From positions 1-50,454 of the IMG/VR virus record IMGVR_UViG_3300030328_001951: DNA of 50,454 nt; one strand, given 5' to 3'. Under the pieces are notes generated by a model. That model saw only the letters and a list, made by a program, of their open reading frames with translations, was not told the origin of the DNA and did not search any database. Below, piece after piece: positions 1 through 9,157 of the stretch. Within the stretch, counting starts at the first letter, position 1. The number at the start of each line of letters is the position of its first letter. Made by a program: the position numbers and the translations under genes. Origin of the DNA: a virus. Its lineage: Duplodnaviria; Caudoviricetes.

Positions 1-98
1 CCTCCGAATGATGTTCCTGCGTTAAATAGACCATTTGAGTTAGCATCTGCATTAAACCACATACTTACTGAAAAATCACCTGCATAGTTATCGCCTAA
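1..98. repeat. 98-bp exact repeat, identical to 47518-47615
   Basis: Base-by-base comparison: CCTCCGAATGATG...TATCGCCTAA is identical at both places and diverges at base 99. Confidence 0.95.
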
Positions 99-2351
99 AG
101 TATTTCCAATACCTGTGCCACAATCTATATAATCATCGCTACCATCAAATCCTATTGCTTGTATATCACTTCTATCAGTCCATGTAGTTACACCATCGTT
201 ACGCCAGTACCCTAATAAATGGTCATCAGCTTTACTATGAGTAGTAGCATCTAATGCGACACCATCGTTAAATAGTTCTTGGATTTGAGTAGATGTTAAT
301 GCAGTATTAAAATATGATACATCATCTATTATACCATTAAATTGATTTGTATCTGAAGAGTATTGCCATAATCCTAATGCACATTTATCAACTCCAGACA
401 TATCACCAAGCCAAAAAGTTTTATCTGTATTTGTTCCATAAGTTATACTTAACTCTATTCCATTAGCGTATAATTTTGGTTCTGTTCCATTGTGGCTTAA
501 GGTAATCATATTCATAGTACCTTTATGAGATGTTATGCTACCATTTGCAGAATAAGCATACCATTTTTGAGTACCACTTTGTGCGATTCCAATTTGCAAT
601 CTATTATCATCCCAATTATATCTAAATAATAAATCAGTACGAGTAGAACTATTATTATAAGTAAAAAGATTATCTTCTGAACCAGAAGAACTTGGATGTG
701 GAGTACACCATAGATTTATTGTCCCATGTTGAGTAGCTAAAGCACTTATAGCTCCATCTAACACTACCTTATCATCAACACCATCAAACAACATTTTCTC
801 ATTGTACTTAACCAATGGGATCTGTGGAATTAATGGTTCATTTTGAGCAGTAGTAAAGCCAGTTGAGGATATTCCTACTTCTTTGAAAGATAGGTTATCT
901 ACTTTTACAATTTGAGTACCAGTTAAACTTTCCACAACTAAAAAAGTATTTGTAGCGTGTTGTGCAGTAAACTCAAATGTTTTTGTTGCAAACGAAGTAT
1001 TGTTTAATCCAGAATGTGTTATATCTTCACTCCCATTACTAACTCTCACAGTATAGTTTAATGAGGCATCGGTAGTAAGAAAATCACCAGATAGTAAATA
1101 TCTTTTTCCTACTGTTAAATCTGTACTTAAATCTGAAGCGTTTTTCAAAAACCAATAAGCACCTTGATTATTATCATCTCTTGTAATTTTTAATGTATTG
1201 GAATCATTAGCAATAGTATTACTACCATAAGCTCCCCACCCATAAGTAGATGTACTTTCAAATGTTCTTGCATTAGTATCTACTAACTCATCCCCAAAGA
1301 AATTTGTAGTAGCATTCTGCCCCATGAGGACTTCTTTGAAAGACATTGTAAAGGTAATATCAAAAGTATTTCTTCCATCAAACGATATAAAACCACCTCC
1401 GCCACCAATATAATAATATGTTTTAGTAGAATTACCATCCCAAGTCCAATCACCGCCATCTGCAATATTTAAATAACTACTACCATTATGTAATAATGGA
1501 CTAACTGTTCCTGTTTTACTTATAGGTGTAATTACAAGTTTGTAAACTTTTCCAGATGTAGTAGTTAAATTAAAAGATGGTCTATAAGCTTGTGTACCAT
1601 TACCCTCACTTGCTACTCTATGAGTAATATTTCCAGAACCCTCTGCAACTTCTCCAGTTACTCCTTGCTTTGTCCAAGTAGTACCAGTTGCTTTTTCAGC
1701 AGATAATCCCTTCTCACTATGGTCATACACAATGCTTTGTGGACTTTCTGGGTTAGCTTCAGACATAGGATACCAAGCAACAAGGTTGTCTTGTACTGCA
1801 CTTGGAGCAGATTGCTCTGGTTTTAAATAAAGTTCTTGTACTTGTGCTTCTGTAAGTTGAGCATCAAAAAACTTTACATCTGCCATACTTCCATTAAAGT
1901 AAAACCCAGATACACCACCAAGACCAAATACACCACTAAGAGAGTTATTTGCGCCCATTGTATCTGCTCCACCAGAATCAACTTTACCATTGATATAATA
2001 ATTAACTGTAGTTCCAGACCTTGTTACTACTACATGATTCCACGCTCCAGATATAAGAGCATCAGTACTACCTACTGCAGTTGTTGCTGCATCATAATTA
2101 ACTTGTAAGTTACTATTTAAATAGATTGGGTAATTTGAAGTATCAATACCTACTACTACTTTTGAGCCTGTAGATGTTTTAATCCAACATGAAACAGAAT
2201 GAGTAGTACCTAAATCTATTGATGGTGTTTGTGCAACATCTACTACACCATCAAACACTAATCCTCTACCGCCATATACCTCGGCTCTTGAAGCCACATC
2301 TGCTGTAAGTAGTGGAGAGTTTGATCTTCCGCTTTGTATCGTTGTAGCCAT
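1..2351 (-). CDS. LamG/concanavalin A-like multi-domain tail fibre 2 (3'-truncated at window start)
   Basis: Not in the ORF track because it has no stop in the window. ATG at 2351 overlaps the upstream TAA (TAATG). Reads MATTIQSGRSNSPLLTADVASRAEVYGGRGLVFDGVVD...SCWIKT...WNHVVVTRSG...YYING, and the same frame at base 1 encodes a module shared with fibre 3. Confidence 0.85.
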   Translation of the reverse strand, partial: MATTIQSGRSNSPLLTADVASRAEVYGGRGLVFDGVVDVAQTPSIDLGTTHSVSCWIKTSTGSKVVVGIDTSNYPIYLNSNLQVNYDAATTAVGSTDALISGAWNHVVVTRSGTTVNYYINGKVDSGGADTMGANNSLSGVFGLGGVSGFYFNGSMADVKFFDAQLTEAQVQELYLKPEQSAPSAVQDNLVAWYPMSEANPESPQSIVYDHSEKGLSAEKATGTTWTKQGVTGEVAEGSGNITHRVASEGNGTQAYRPSFNLTTTSGKVYKLVITPISKTGTVSPLLHNGSSYLNIADGGDWTWDGNSTKTYYYIGGGGGFISFDGRNTFDITFTMSFKEVLMGQNATTNFFGDELVDTNARTFESTSTYGWGAYGSNTIANDSNTLKITRDDNNQGAYWFLKNASDLSTDLTVGKRYLLSGDFLTTDASLNYTVRVSNGSEDITHSGLNNTSFATKTFEFTAQHATNTFLVVESLTGTQIVKVDNLSFKEVGISSTGFTTAQNEPLIPQIPLVKYNEKMLFDGVDDKVVLDGAISALATQHGTINLWCTPHPSSSGSEDNLFTYNNSSTRTDLLFRYNWDDNRLQIGIAQSGTQKWYAYSANGSITSHKGTMNMITLSHNGTEPKLYANGIELSITYGTNTDKTFWLGDMSGVDKCALGLWQYSSDTNQFNGIIDDVSYFNTALTSTQIQELFNDGVALDATTHSKADDHLLGYWRNDGVTTWTDRSDIQAIGFDGSDDYIDCGTGIGNTLGDNYAGDFSVSMWFNADANSNGLFNAGTSFG
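895..1290. repeat. Dispersed ~400-bp module repeat B (partner ~48244-48640)
   Basis: Long shared blocks, e.g. GAGGCATCGGTAGTAAGAAAATCACCAGATAGTAAATATC. Encodes a beta-sandwich module present in fibres 2 and 3. Confidence 0.9.
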
Positions 2352-5260
2352 TAGTATAATACCCCATCATTGTTATTTACAGAATCTGTTGCTCCCGCAC
2401 TTATTAGTGTAGCACCAGCTACAGTTCCATTATTTCCATTACCACTTAAATCAGTTACTGTACTTGCATTGTCTAATTTATAATATAATTGTAAGCCAGA
2501 ATTAGATGATTCATCTCCACCTATGCCATCATTGTATATTGACAATACTTCACTTGCTGATTTTTCTACATTGTACATACTAACCGATGATATGCTCATT
2601 GCACAATTACGACCTATTGTATCTAATGCAAAAGTACCAGTATCAGAAGAAGTACCACCAGCAACTCCATTAAGATATGTTTTTATATTGCCACTCCCAT
2701 CTCTTGTAAACGCAATATGACACCACTCATTATTAGGAACACTACTTAAAATAGCCTCATTAGAGCCTTCTATATATATTCTTAATTGCCCATTAGTATC
2801 ATTTACTCCAATATTAGTATCATTAGGTGCGGTACTATCCATTATAATAGTTTTATAATCCGTATTTACATCGCCTTTAAACCACCAAGAAACTGTAAAC
2901 GCACCACTAAATACTTGTCTTGTAAATGTAATTTTGTCGTTGACATCTGTACCATCAAAACTCAATGCTTTAACTTCACTATCAGCATCAAGGGGATAAT
3001 ACGCTACGAGGTCGCAAGTGACTTCTTTAACTGAAACTTCGTCTATCTCCATAAACGCATTTGCATCTGCATTTTGCATATAAAACCATAAGTGTGAGCC
3101 TGTAGGAGCTACATAATAAGTTTCAAATAATTTTGCATTTCCTGTATGAGTTGTTATGTTTGTTACAGTTGCACCACTACCGCCATCCATTACAAGGAGA
3201 CTACCAGAGCTAATACTTGCTCTATATTTAAAAGATACTTTATAAAGTTTACTTGATGTAAAAACAGTTGCAGATGTTTTAATTGCTCTATCACTTCCAA
3301 TTTCACTATTAACATCAAATCTTTGAGCATTCCCTGTAAAACCATTTCCTGTCACAATACTATAATCTAATCTTGCACTACCATCTGTAACATATTGATT
3401 AGTCCAATTATCTGCTAATCCATCACTATTACTATCTGTCCAGTCTGTAGCATTTGTAACTAACTCACTACCCAATGTACTTTTAACATCTGCGGGTATC
3501 TTGGCATAGGAAGTGGATTCCATAACGGATTGGATTTGTGCTTGAGTTAATGCGCCTCTCCAAATTCCTACTCCTGCAACATTTCCTGTAAGCTCTAATT
3601 CTTTATCTGCTTCTGCTCCTATAGTAAAATTAACAGCATCACTGTCTAAACTTGATGGAATTGAAGAAGTGTTAGTGTTTTCTAAAATACCATTTACATA
3701 TACTTTTAAAGACGTCCCTGCATCATATACAGCAGTTAAATGATGCCATTCACTATCAAGTAAATTACTTGTTCCATCTACTTCTACTTCAGTATTACTA
3801 CTTGTTACATTAAATCTAAATTTTCCTGTAGATGTTTGTAATGCTAAATAAAAACATTTATTTGTTCCATCATATTTTGTAATAAATCTTTGAGTTCCTG
3901 ATGCAGTTGATTTAACCCATGCTGATATAGTAAATGAAGTAGTTAATTGTAAATCTGATGGATTGCCAAAATCAATTATATCATCATTGCCATCAAAACT
4001 CGCACTCCCATTTCCAATCGCATCTGCTTGTGATTCAGCTATGTCTATTGCACGAGGTAAGATTGGTGCATTGCCACCATATACTGATGTGGTAGTTGTT
4101 GCAGAATTATGAGATGATGTATTTGATGCAGTTGCTCCAGAATAATACCCAGTATTACTTCCATGTGAATCTGCTGAAGTAACTGCTTTAATAGAAAAAT
4201 TATCTACTGTTATACTAAAATTTGAACTTTTCCAAAATGAAAGACCAGTTGCAGTACCTGCGGTAAAATACCAAGAACTACCAAGACTTGCCATTGTAGC
4301 ACTTGTAGAAACATTACTATCTTGACTGCCATTTGTAGCAGTAAAAAAATGTGGATTACCTCCAGAGACTAAAGTATAATCATAACTAACTTTATACACC
4401 CTATATCGAACAACCATTTGAGGTTGAATATGTATATTTGCATGACCACTTGAATTAACTGCACTTGTTATATTTGCTCCACTTGTGGTAAGTGTTTCAG
4501 CATCAGCACTTGTCCACCCAGTAGCAAGATTATCACTTAATGTTTCTGTATCCAACGCCCACCAACTAACTAAACTTGTTTTTTCTACAGAGCCTAACTG
4601 ACTGTAAGACTTGTTCATAACGGATTGGACTTCTTCGGAGGATAAGACTCTTGACCAAAGAGCTACATTTGCCATTTTACCTTTAAAAAAAGAATCATCA
4701 CTTCCACTTGTACCTTGAGAGCCAATACGTAATATACCACTTACATCTGGAACAGAACTTGATGAATCTGTTCCACTTACAACTTCACTTCCATTTACAT
4801 ATAATTTTATAGTTGAGCCATTTTTTGTAGCACATACATGAGTCCATTGATTAGTAGCTATTCTTTTTGTACCATCTTCGACTGCACTACCTGTACTTCC
4901 ACCACCATTCCAATGCAAAGCAGAATCTGTTGCTCCATTTGTATGTAACCAGATACCCCAATTTTGAACAGATGAATAATCCCATTGATTTACTAAACTA
5001 TAATAATCATTACCTGTTGCTGTATGTGTTGGGTAAATCCATGCAGATACACTTAAATTAGATATATTTCGTAATTCGTCATTTAAATTACCCGCTTTTA
5101 TAACATCATCTGTACCATCAAACGATGTCGAACCCTCTGATGGAAACTTAAGTTCGTCTGACCTATTTGATTTGAAGTCGAGGTATAACTTGAGGTTGTC
5201 CTTGACGTATGTTAAGAGGGATGCTCCCCCTTTAGCTAGGCTTGCTGCTAATCCGAGCAT
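2351..5260 (-). CDS. LamG multi-domain tail fibre / receptor-binding protein 1
   Basis: 969 aa with three LamG units (FDGxDD...SAWxK...WxH...YVNG...IG) plus interspersed beta-sandwich modules. Confidence 0.85.
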   Translation of the reverse strand: MLGLAASLAKGGASLLTYVKDNLKLYLDFKSNRSDELKFPSEGSTSFDGTDDVIKAGNLNDELRNISNLSVSAWIYPTHTATGNDYYSLVNQWDYSSVQNWGIWLHTNGATDSALHWNGGGSTGSAVEDGTKRIATNQWTHVCATKNGSTIKLYVNGSEVVSGTDSSSSVPDVSGILRIGSQGTSGSDDSFFKGKMANVALWSRVLSSEEVQSVMNKSYSQLGSVEKTSLVSWWALDTETLSDNLATGWTSADAETLTTSGANITSAVNSSGHANIHIQPQMVVRYRVYKVSYDYTLVSGGNPHFFTATNGSQDSNVSTSATMASLGSSWYFTAGTATGLSFWKSSNFSITVDNFSIKAVTSADSHGSNTGYYSGATASNTSSHNSATTTTSVYGGNAPILPRAIDIAESQADAIGNGSASFDGNDDIIDFGNPSDLQLTTSFTISAWVKSTASGTQRFITKYDGTNKCFYLALQTSTGKFRFNVTSSNTEVEVDGTSNLLDSEWHHLTAVYDAGTSLKVYVNGILENTNTSSIPSSLDSDAVNFTIGAEADKELELTGNVAGVGIWRGALTQAQIQSVMESTSYAKIPADVKSTLGSELVTNATDWTDSNSDGLADNWTNQYVTDGSARLDYSIVTGNGFTGNAQRFDVNSEIGSDRAIKTSATVFTSSKLYKVSFKYRASISSGSLLVMDGGSGATVTNITTHTGNAKLFETYYVAPTGSHLWFYMQNADANAFMEIDEVSVKEVTCDLVAYYPLDADSEVKALSFDGTDVNDKITFTRQVFSGAFTVSWWFKGDVNTDYKTIIMDSTAPNDTNIGVNDTNGQLRIYIEGSNEAILSSVPNNEWCHIAFTRDGSGNIKTYLNGVAGGTSSDTGTFALDTIGRNCAMSISSVSMYNVEKSASEVLSIYNDGIGGDESSNSGLQLYYKLDNASTVTDLSGNGNNGTVAGATLISAGATDSVNNNDGVLY
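2555..2938. repeat. Dispersed LamG module repeat C (partner ~48879-49262)
   Basis: The near-identical peptide VPNNEWCHIAFTRDGSGNIKTYLNGVAGGTS and its DNA occur in fibres 1 and 3. Confidence 0.9.
3618..3925. repeat. Dispersed LamG module repeat D (partner ~49423-49730)
   Basis: Shared peptide SAWVKSTASGTQRFxTKYDGTNKCFYLALQTSTGKFRFN with long identical DNA blocks in fibres 1 and 3. Confidence 0.9.
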
Positions 5261-5264
5261 TGAT

Positions 5265-5453
5265 CTAGCCTAAATAACAGATACAAAGACCAGTAGCTAG
5301 AGTGACTGCACTCCAATTACCAAATATTGTGACCCCTTGAGGTATCGTATCTCCAATACTAGCTACTGATTCACCATCATCTAAAACAGCAGAACCTACT
5401 TGTCCTAATCCTACGTTATTAGCTTCATTTACTGAATATGTATTAATTGCCAT
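5265..5453 (-). CDS. Small virion structural protein preceding the fibre genes
   Basis: 62 aa, AAGGAG RBS, C-terminal PQGVTIFGNWSAVTL motif. Lies between adaptor and fibres. Confidence 0.55.
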   Translation of the reverse strand: MAINTYSVNEANNVGLGQVGSAVLDDGESVASIGDTIPQGVTIFGNWSAVTLATGLCICYLG

Positions 5454-5509
5454 CTTGTTTCTCCTTGCTTATGACTTACCGAGCGTGACTTGTCTCATGG
5501 TCATATTGG

Positions 5510-5938
5510 TTATAATAAAAACCCATCGCTGGGTATAATAACGTAGCTAGTAGCAGAACCAAGTTTACCTTGATTGTCTGTTCCTTTTGCTTTAGCTACT
5601 AAATCTTCATATTTAGCTCTCCACAATTGAGCAAACCCAAGTATCTCTGGGTCTTCATCTGCAGAAGCTTTTATTTCAAATAATTTTGCAATAGTGTAAT
5701 ACGCTAATGCAATGTGATATATTTTATCAAAGCTAGGGCTATTTGCATTGTTTATTTTATCTGCATCAGAGTCTGAAGTAGCTTTAAAATCCCAATCATT
5801 TCTAGAAACATATAAACGTATTTCTTTTACTTCACTAGGACTTGTAAATGTAGTAGTTGCTGATGTGCTTGACTTAACAATACCTATTTGATTGCGCTCA
5901 ACCCACCAATTATGTTTTTGTGCATTAGTTCTAGCCAT
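5510..5938 (-). CDS. Head-tail adaptor-like protein, C-terminal part
   Basis: PSFDKIYHIALAYYTIAKLF resembles the C-terminal helix of podovirus adaptor/tail tubular A proteins. Downstream of the capsid genes. Confidence 0.5.
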   Translation of the reverse strand: MARTNAQKHNWWVERNQIGIVKSSTSATTTFTSPSEVKEIRLYVSRNDWDFKATSDSDADKINNANSPSFDKIYHIALAYYTIAKLFEIKASADEDPEILGFAQLWRAKYEDLVAKAKGTDNQGKLGSATSYVIIPSDGFLL

Positions 5939-6234
5939 TATGTTATATCCACTTCATCTGGAGGTGTAACTAAACGTTGAATTGTATAATTATCATAGTC
6001 TACTTTATTTACTTCTACTATATGTCTTTGGTCTGTTTCACTATCATCTCCATCTAAATCATTTAAATCATAATAACGTTGGTTTACTACAGTATTAAAC
6101 GTTTCAACACCTTTTAATATTTTAGTTCTACTAGTAAAATCTCTAGACGCTTCTGTTAAATGCAAAGCTATATCAGAATCTAATTCATCAGGAAATACTT
6201 TTTTAATGTATGCGTTTAATTCTGTGTGCGTCAT
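5938..6234 (-). CDS. Head-tail adaptor-like protein, N-terminal part
   Basis: MTHTELNAYIK...LTEASRDFTSRTKIL...TVVNQRYYDL resembles an adaptor N-terminus. Confidence 0.5.
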   Translation of the reverse strand: MTHTELNAYIKKVFPDELDSDIALHLTEASRDFTSRTKILKGVETFNTVVNQRYYDLNDLDGDDSETDQRHIVEVNKVDYDNYTIQRLVTPPDEVDIT

Positions 6235-6326
6235 ATTTTAATAGGCTTTCTTAGAGCGTCCATAACTGGGTCTTTTTTTTTACTCGGTTTGACCGCTTTC
6301 TTTTTTACTGTTTTCTTTTTTGCCAT
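6231..6326 (-). CDS. 31-aa Lys-rich peptide (MAKKKTVKKKAVKPSKKKDPVMDALRKPIKI)
   Basis: GAGGA RBS, ATGA overlap with the next gene. Below the ORF-track length cutoff. Confidence 0.6.
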   Translation of the reverse strand: MAKKKTVKKKAVKPSKKKDPVMDALRKPIKI

Positions 6327-6339
6327 AATTTCCTCGCAA

Positions 6340-6365
6340 GAGGAGGGGCATAAAGCCCCTCACTC
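6340..6365. terminator. GC-rich hairpin after the capsid/decoration genes
   Basis: GAGGGGC-ATAAA-GCCCCTC. The U-tract is weak on the coding (minus) strand, so it may be a partial terminator or a stabilising hairpin. Confidence 0.4.
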
Positions 6366-6381
6366 TTTTATTTACTTATTA

Positions 6382-6858
6382 TCAATCACTATCTGTAAAT
6401 AACGCTGCTCCAGTAGTATCTGCATCTGCACTATATACACATCCAGAAACCATCCATTCATTAGATGCAATTTTTACTAATTCAACCCATGAACCTTTAA
6501 GTCCACCGCCATCAGCAACATCAGCATCAAGAACAATGTTACAATCATCTGCAGCTGGAATTATTACATTAGCATAACCCGCTGTTGCACTTGCAAGTAT
6601 CAAACCACCTACAAAATCATCACCACCAGAATCTGCAATATCTCCTGTTTTTATTGTATAAGCATTATTATTCGATGTTTGAACAATAAACTTTATACTA
6701 AATCCAATGTCAATATTTGCATCAGTTGGCAATGTAACTGTTAGAGCAGATGTACTATTTAGAGACATAATCTTCCCTGCATCTGATCTTCCAATTGTTT
6801 TATCTGCAGTTACATCAACAAGTCCTGCACTTGAACCACCTAAATAAGGTCTAGCCAT
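6382..6858 (-). CDS. Capsid decoration / auxiliary capsid protein
   Basis: 158 aa, beta-rich (LTVTLP...GFSIKFIV...GSWVELV...EWMVSG), immediately after the MCP, AAGGAGG RBS. Confidence 0.55.
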   Translation of the reverse strand: MARPYLGGSSAGLVDVTADKTIGRSDAGKIMSLNSTSALTVTLPTDANIDIGFSIKFIVQTSNNNAYTIKTGDIADSGGDDFVGGLILASATAGYANVIIPAADDCNIVLDADVADGGGLKGSWVELVKIASNEWMVSGCVYSADADTTGAALFTDSD

Positions 6859-6869
6859 AATAAGCCTCC

Positions 6870-8180
6870 TTAATCTGTGATTTTAAACAGAGAATGACTC
6901 TCAATTAGCTGTATACCAAGTCCTTCATCAGACATATATTGGTCTTTAACACCATCAAAGGCATTGTCAGTTTTAATATTAGCCTGATACATTGCTGGTC
7001 TGTATTGTGCATGGAATAGATTCTCATCAGAAACTACAACCATGTACTTATTATACTGATTACGCAATGCTGGAGTTGGGATTAACTGTAACATGCCATG
7101 AGGTGTTTCAAGTACTCTATAATTAAAGCCTAATGAATCACGCTTCATGTCACCAAGATTAACACTCCATCCAGAATTTCCAGATAATCCAGAATCACCA
7201 GCCATTTTAGACCAGTATCCTAAAGCACCAGCACCTACAAAAGCACGCTTAACACCTGCTTCTGGTACATACTGAAATACTTTTTCCATATCATCTACAA
7301 AGTTACCATAAGAATAACTTGCTTCAGAAACAGTAAAGATATTTTCATAATCTTTAGTTGCATCTGAAGAGCCATAAGTTTCTATGGCGCTTACAATCCC
7401 ATAAGTAGTTCTTATAAGATTTCCAGCTGTATCTGTTCTTCCACCATCAGTAAAAGATTCATTAGCTGCACCATCTCTAGCATCAGCTAAATCTGTACCA
7501 CCTAATCTTTTACCAAAAAGAAAAGCTTTTTCTTTTTGCATTTTGTGTTCTTGTGCTTTCTGTCTACGCAATCTTGCTAGCTCAGAAGACTCTCCACGAA
7601 GAACAGCAGCTTGAAGCGTACCTGTTACTTGTAGAGGAGTTTTAAAAATCTGAGTAGAATTGTGAACAACTGAAAGTTCATCAGCCCAAGCATCTGGTGC
7701 AGAACTACCTTCACCATGTGCATTACCAACTACACAAAAATAATCATTATTAGAAACTGAAATAGCACTTAATGCTTTTACAGTAATGTGATTAGCTTCT
7801 GGTATAGCTGTAATAATTGCAATACCTCTGTTGGTTGTTTTAGTTACATCCCATATTTCACAAGTTAATCCAATCCAAGAAGAATCTGGTGAAGATGATA
7901 GATTGTAAATACCATCAACTTCTAAAGAATCTCCATCATCATTATTATCTAATGTAGCTCCTTCTGCAGCTTGAAACTCTTGTTTTACCCAAGGGTTTCT
8001 ATGTTCAAACATTTTGAATATAGGGTCTGGTACTGAACGCATTTCCTGATTACTAACCATTGTAGTAAAGGGAGCAACGTCAGTCCATAGTTCCTTAGTT
8101 ACTTGTGGGTCTACATAAAAATCTCGGCGATCATCATATAGTACTCCACTAGCTTCTAAGTTTTTTGTTGTTGCAGCCAT
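6870..8180 (-). CDS. Major capsid protein (HK97 fold, SU10/DUF5309-like)
   Basis: 436 aa with NSTQIFKT, EHKMQKEKAFLFG, RTTYGI and ETPHGMLQLI motifs. Follows portal and scaffold. Confidence 0.85.
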   Translation of the reverse strand: MAATTKNLEASGVLYDDRRDFYVDPQVTKELWTDVAPFTTMVSNQEMRSVPDPIFKMFEHRNPWVKQEFQAAEGATLDNNDDGDSLEVDGIYNLSSSPDSSWIGLTCEIWDVTKTTNRGIAIITAIPEANHITVKALSAISVSNNDYFCVVGNAHGEGSSAPDAWADELSVVHNSTQIFKTPLQVTGTLQAAVLRGESSELARLRRQKAQEHKMQKEKAFLFGKRLGGTDLADARDGAANESFTDGGRTDTAGNLIRTTYGIVSAIETYGSSDATKDYENIFTVSEASYSYGNFVDDMEKVFQYVPEAGVKRAFVGAGALGYWSKMAGDSGLSGNSGWSVNLGDMKRDSLGFNYRVLETPHGMLQLIPTPALRNQYNKYMVVVSDENLFHAQYRPAMYQANIKTDNAFDGVKDQYMSDEGLGIQLIESHSLFKITD

Positions 8181-8200
8181 TTATTTGACTCCTTTTTTAC

Positions 8201-9103
8201 TTAGCGTCCTAGTAATGCATCACTAAATGCTTGCTCTTCAGTTCTTGGCTGTTCAGACTTTCCTGTAATTACAGAAGGGTCTTTAGGTACCGATAACCTT
8301 TGAGCTTGATTTTGCATTTCTTGTGTTTTTTGTTGCACTACTGGGTTCGCATTTGTTCTTAATTCAAATAACTTAGCTAAATTATCCATAGATAGATTAT
8401 CAGGAGCAGAAGCCCATTGAATAAACTCACCTGCTTTTTGATTATCCCAGCCATATGAATTAACAGCATGACTATATGCTTGTTGCCTCATAGCTTCTTC
8501 TTGTTGAGCAGCAGCTTGTCTTTGATAAGCAACTTGCATATCAGCTTGACGCTGTGCATCAACATCTTTTAGATAACCAAGATATTCATCTCTATAGTTT
8601 TCTTTAGCCATTCGATACTGAAACGACTTTGATTCTGGGTCGTTATAAGCATCGACTTCATTGTAATTAACTGGTTTTTCAGGTTCTGTTGGCTCCTTCA
8701 ACGAAGACTGTTGAACTCCCATTTGGGTTTGTCCTACAGGTTGTCCGTTGGAGAGCTTGGTTTCTAAACTTTGGAGAACCTCTGGATTTTGACGTATCAT
8801 TTGCTCTACAGGTTGTAGACCATTTTTATAATACTCCAGTTCTTCTCTAAGTCCAGACAACTCACTCTTGGCTTTATCAGCCTGTGACTGCCAGTACTCA
8901 TACCTATTAGTGTCTTCCTTTTGGTCAACACCGTTTTCTGTGGTTTGGCTAATTGGTTCTGCAACCTCTTGCCCTGTAACAGGGTTTAGGTCAACGTTAG
9001 GAACTGATTCAACTTGAGGTGTCTCTGCAGACAACTCTCCTTGAAACATTTCTACGTTACCTGCGGGTGCAGTACCAGCATCAACTACTTCCAATTTTTC
9101 CAT
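8201..9103 (-). CDS. Capsid scaffolding protein
   Basis: Acidic disordered N-terminus, coiled coil YWQSQADKAK..., located between portal and MCP. Confidence 0.75.
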   Translation of the reverse strand: MEKLEVVDAGTAPAGNVEMFQGELSAETPQVESVPNVDLNPVTGQEVAEPISQTTENGVDQKEDTNRYEYWQSQADKAKSELSGLREELEYYKNGLQPVEQMIRQNPEVLQSLETKLSNGQPVGQTQMGVQQSSLKEPTEPEKPVNYNEVDAYNDPESKSFQYRMAKENYRDEYLGYLKDVDAQRQADMQVAYQRQAAAQQEEAMRQQAYSHAVNSYGWDNQKAGEFIQWASAPDNLSMDNLAKLFELRTNANPVVQQKTQEMQNQAQRLSVPKDPSVITGKSEQPRTEEQAFSDALLGR

Positions 9104-9157
9104 TTTCTTTTCCTTTTTTGCGATTTGGTTAATTCCAGCAACCGCTTCCTCAATCTT

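Noticed and set aside
1283-1465. 60-aa minus-strand ORF in the track
   Set aside because: It is an alternate frame inside the fibre 2 gene, whose frame starts at 2351 and is still the LamG-coding frame at base 1.
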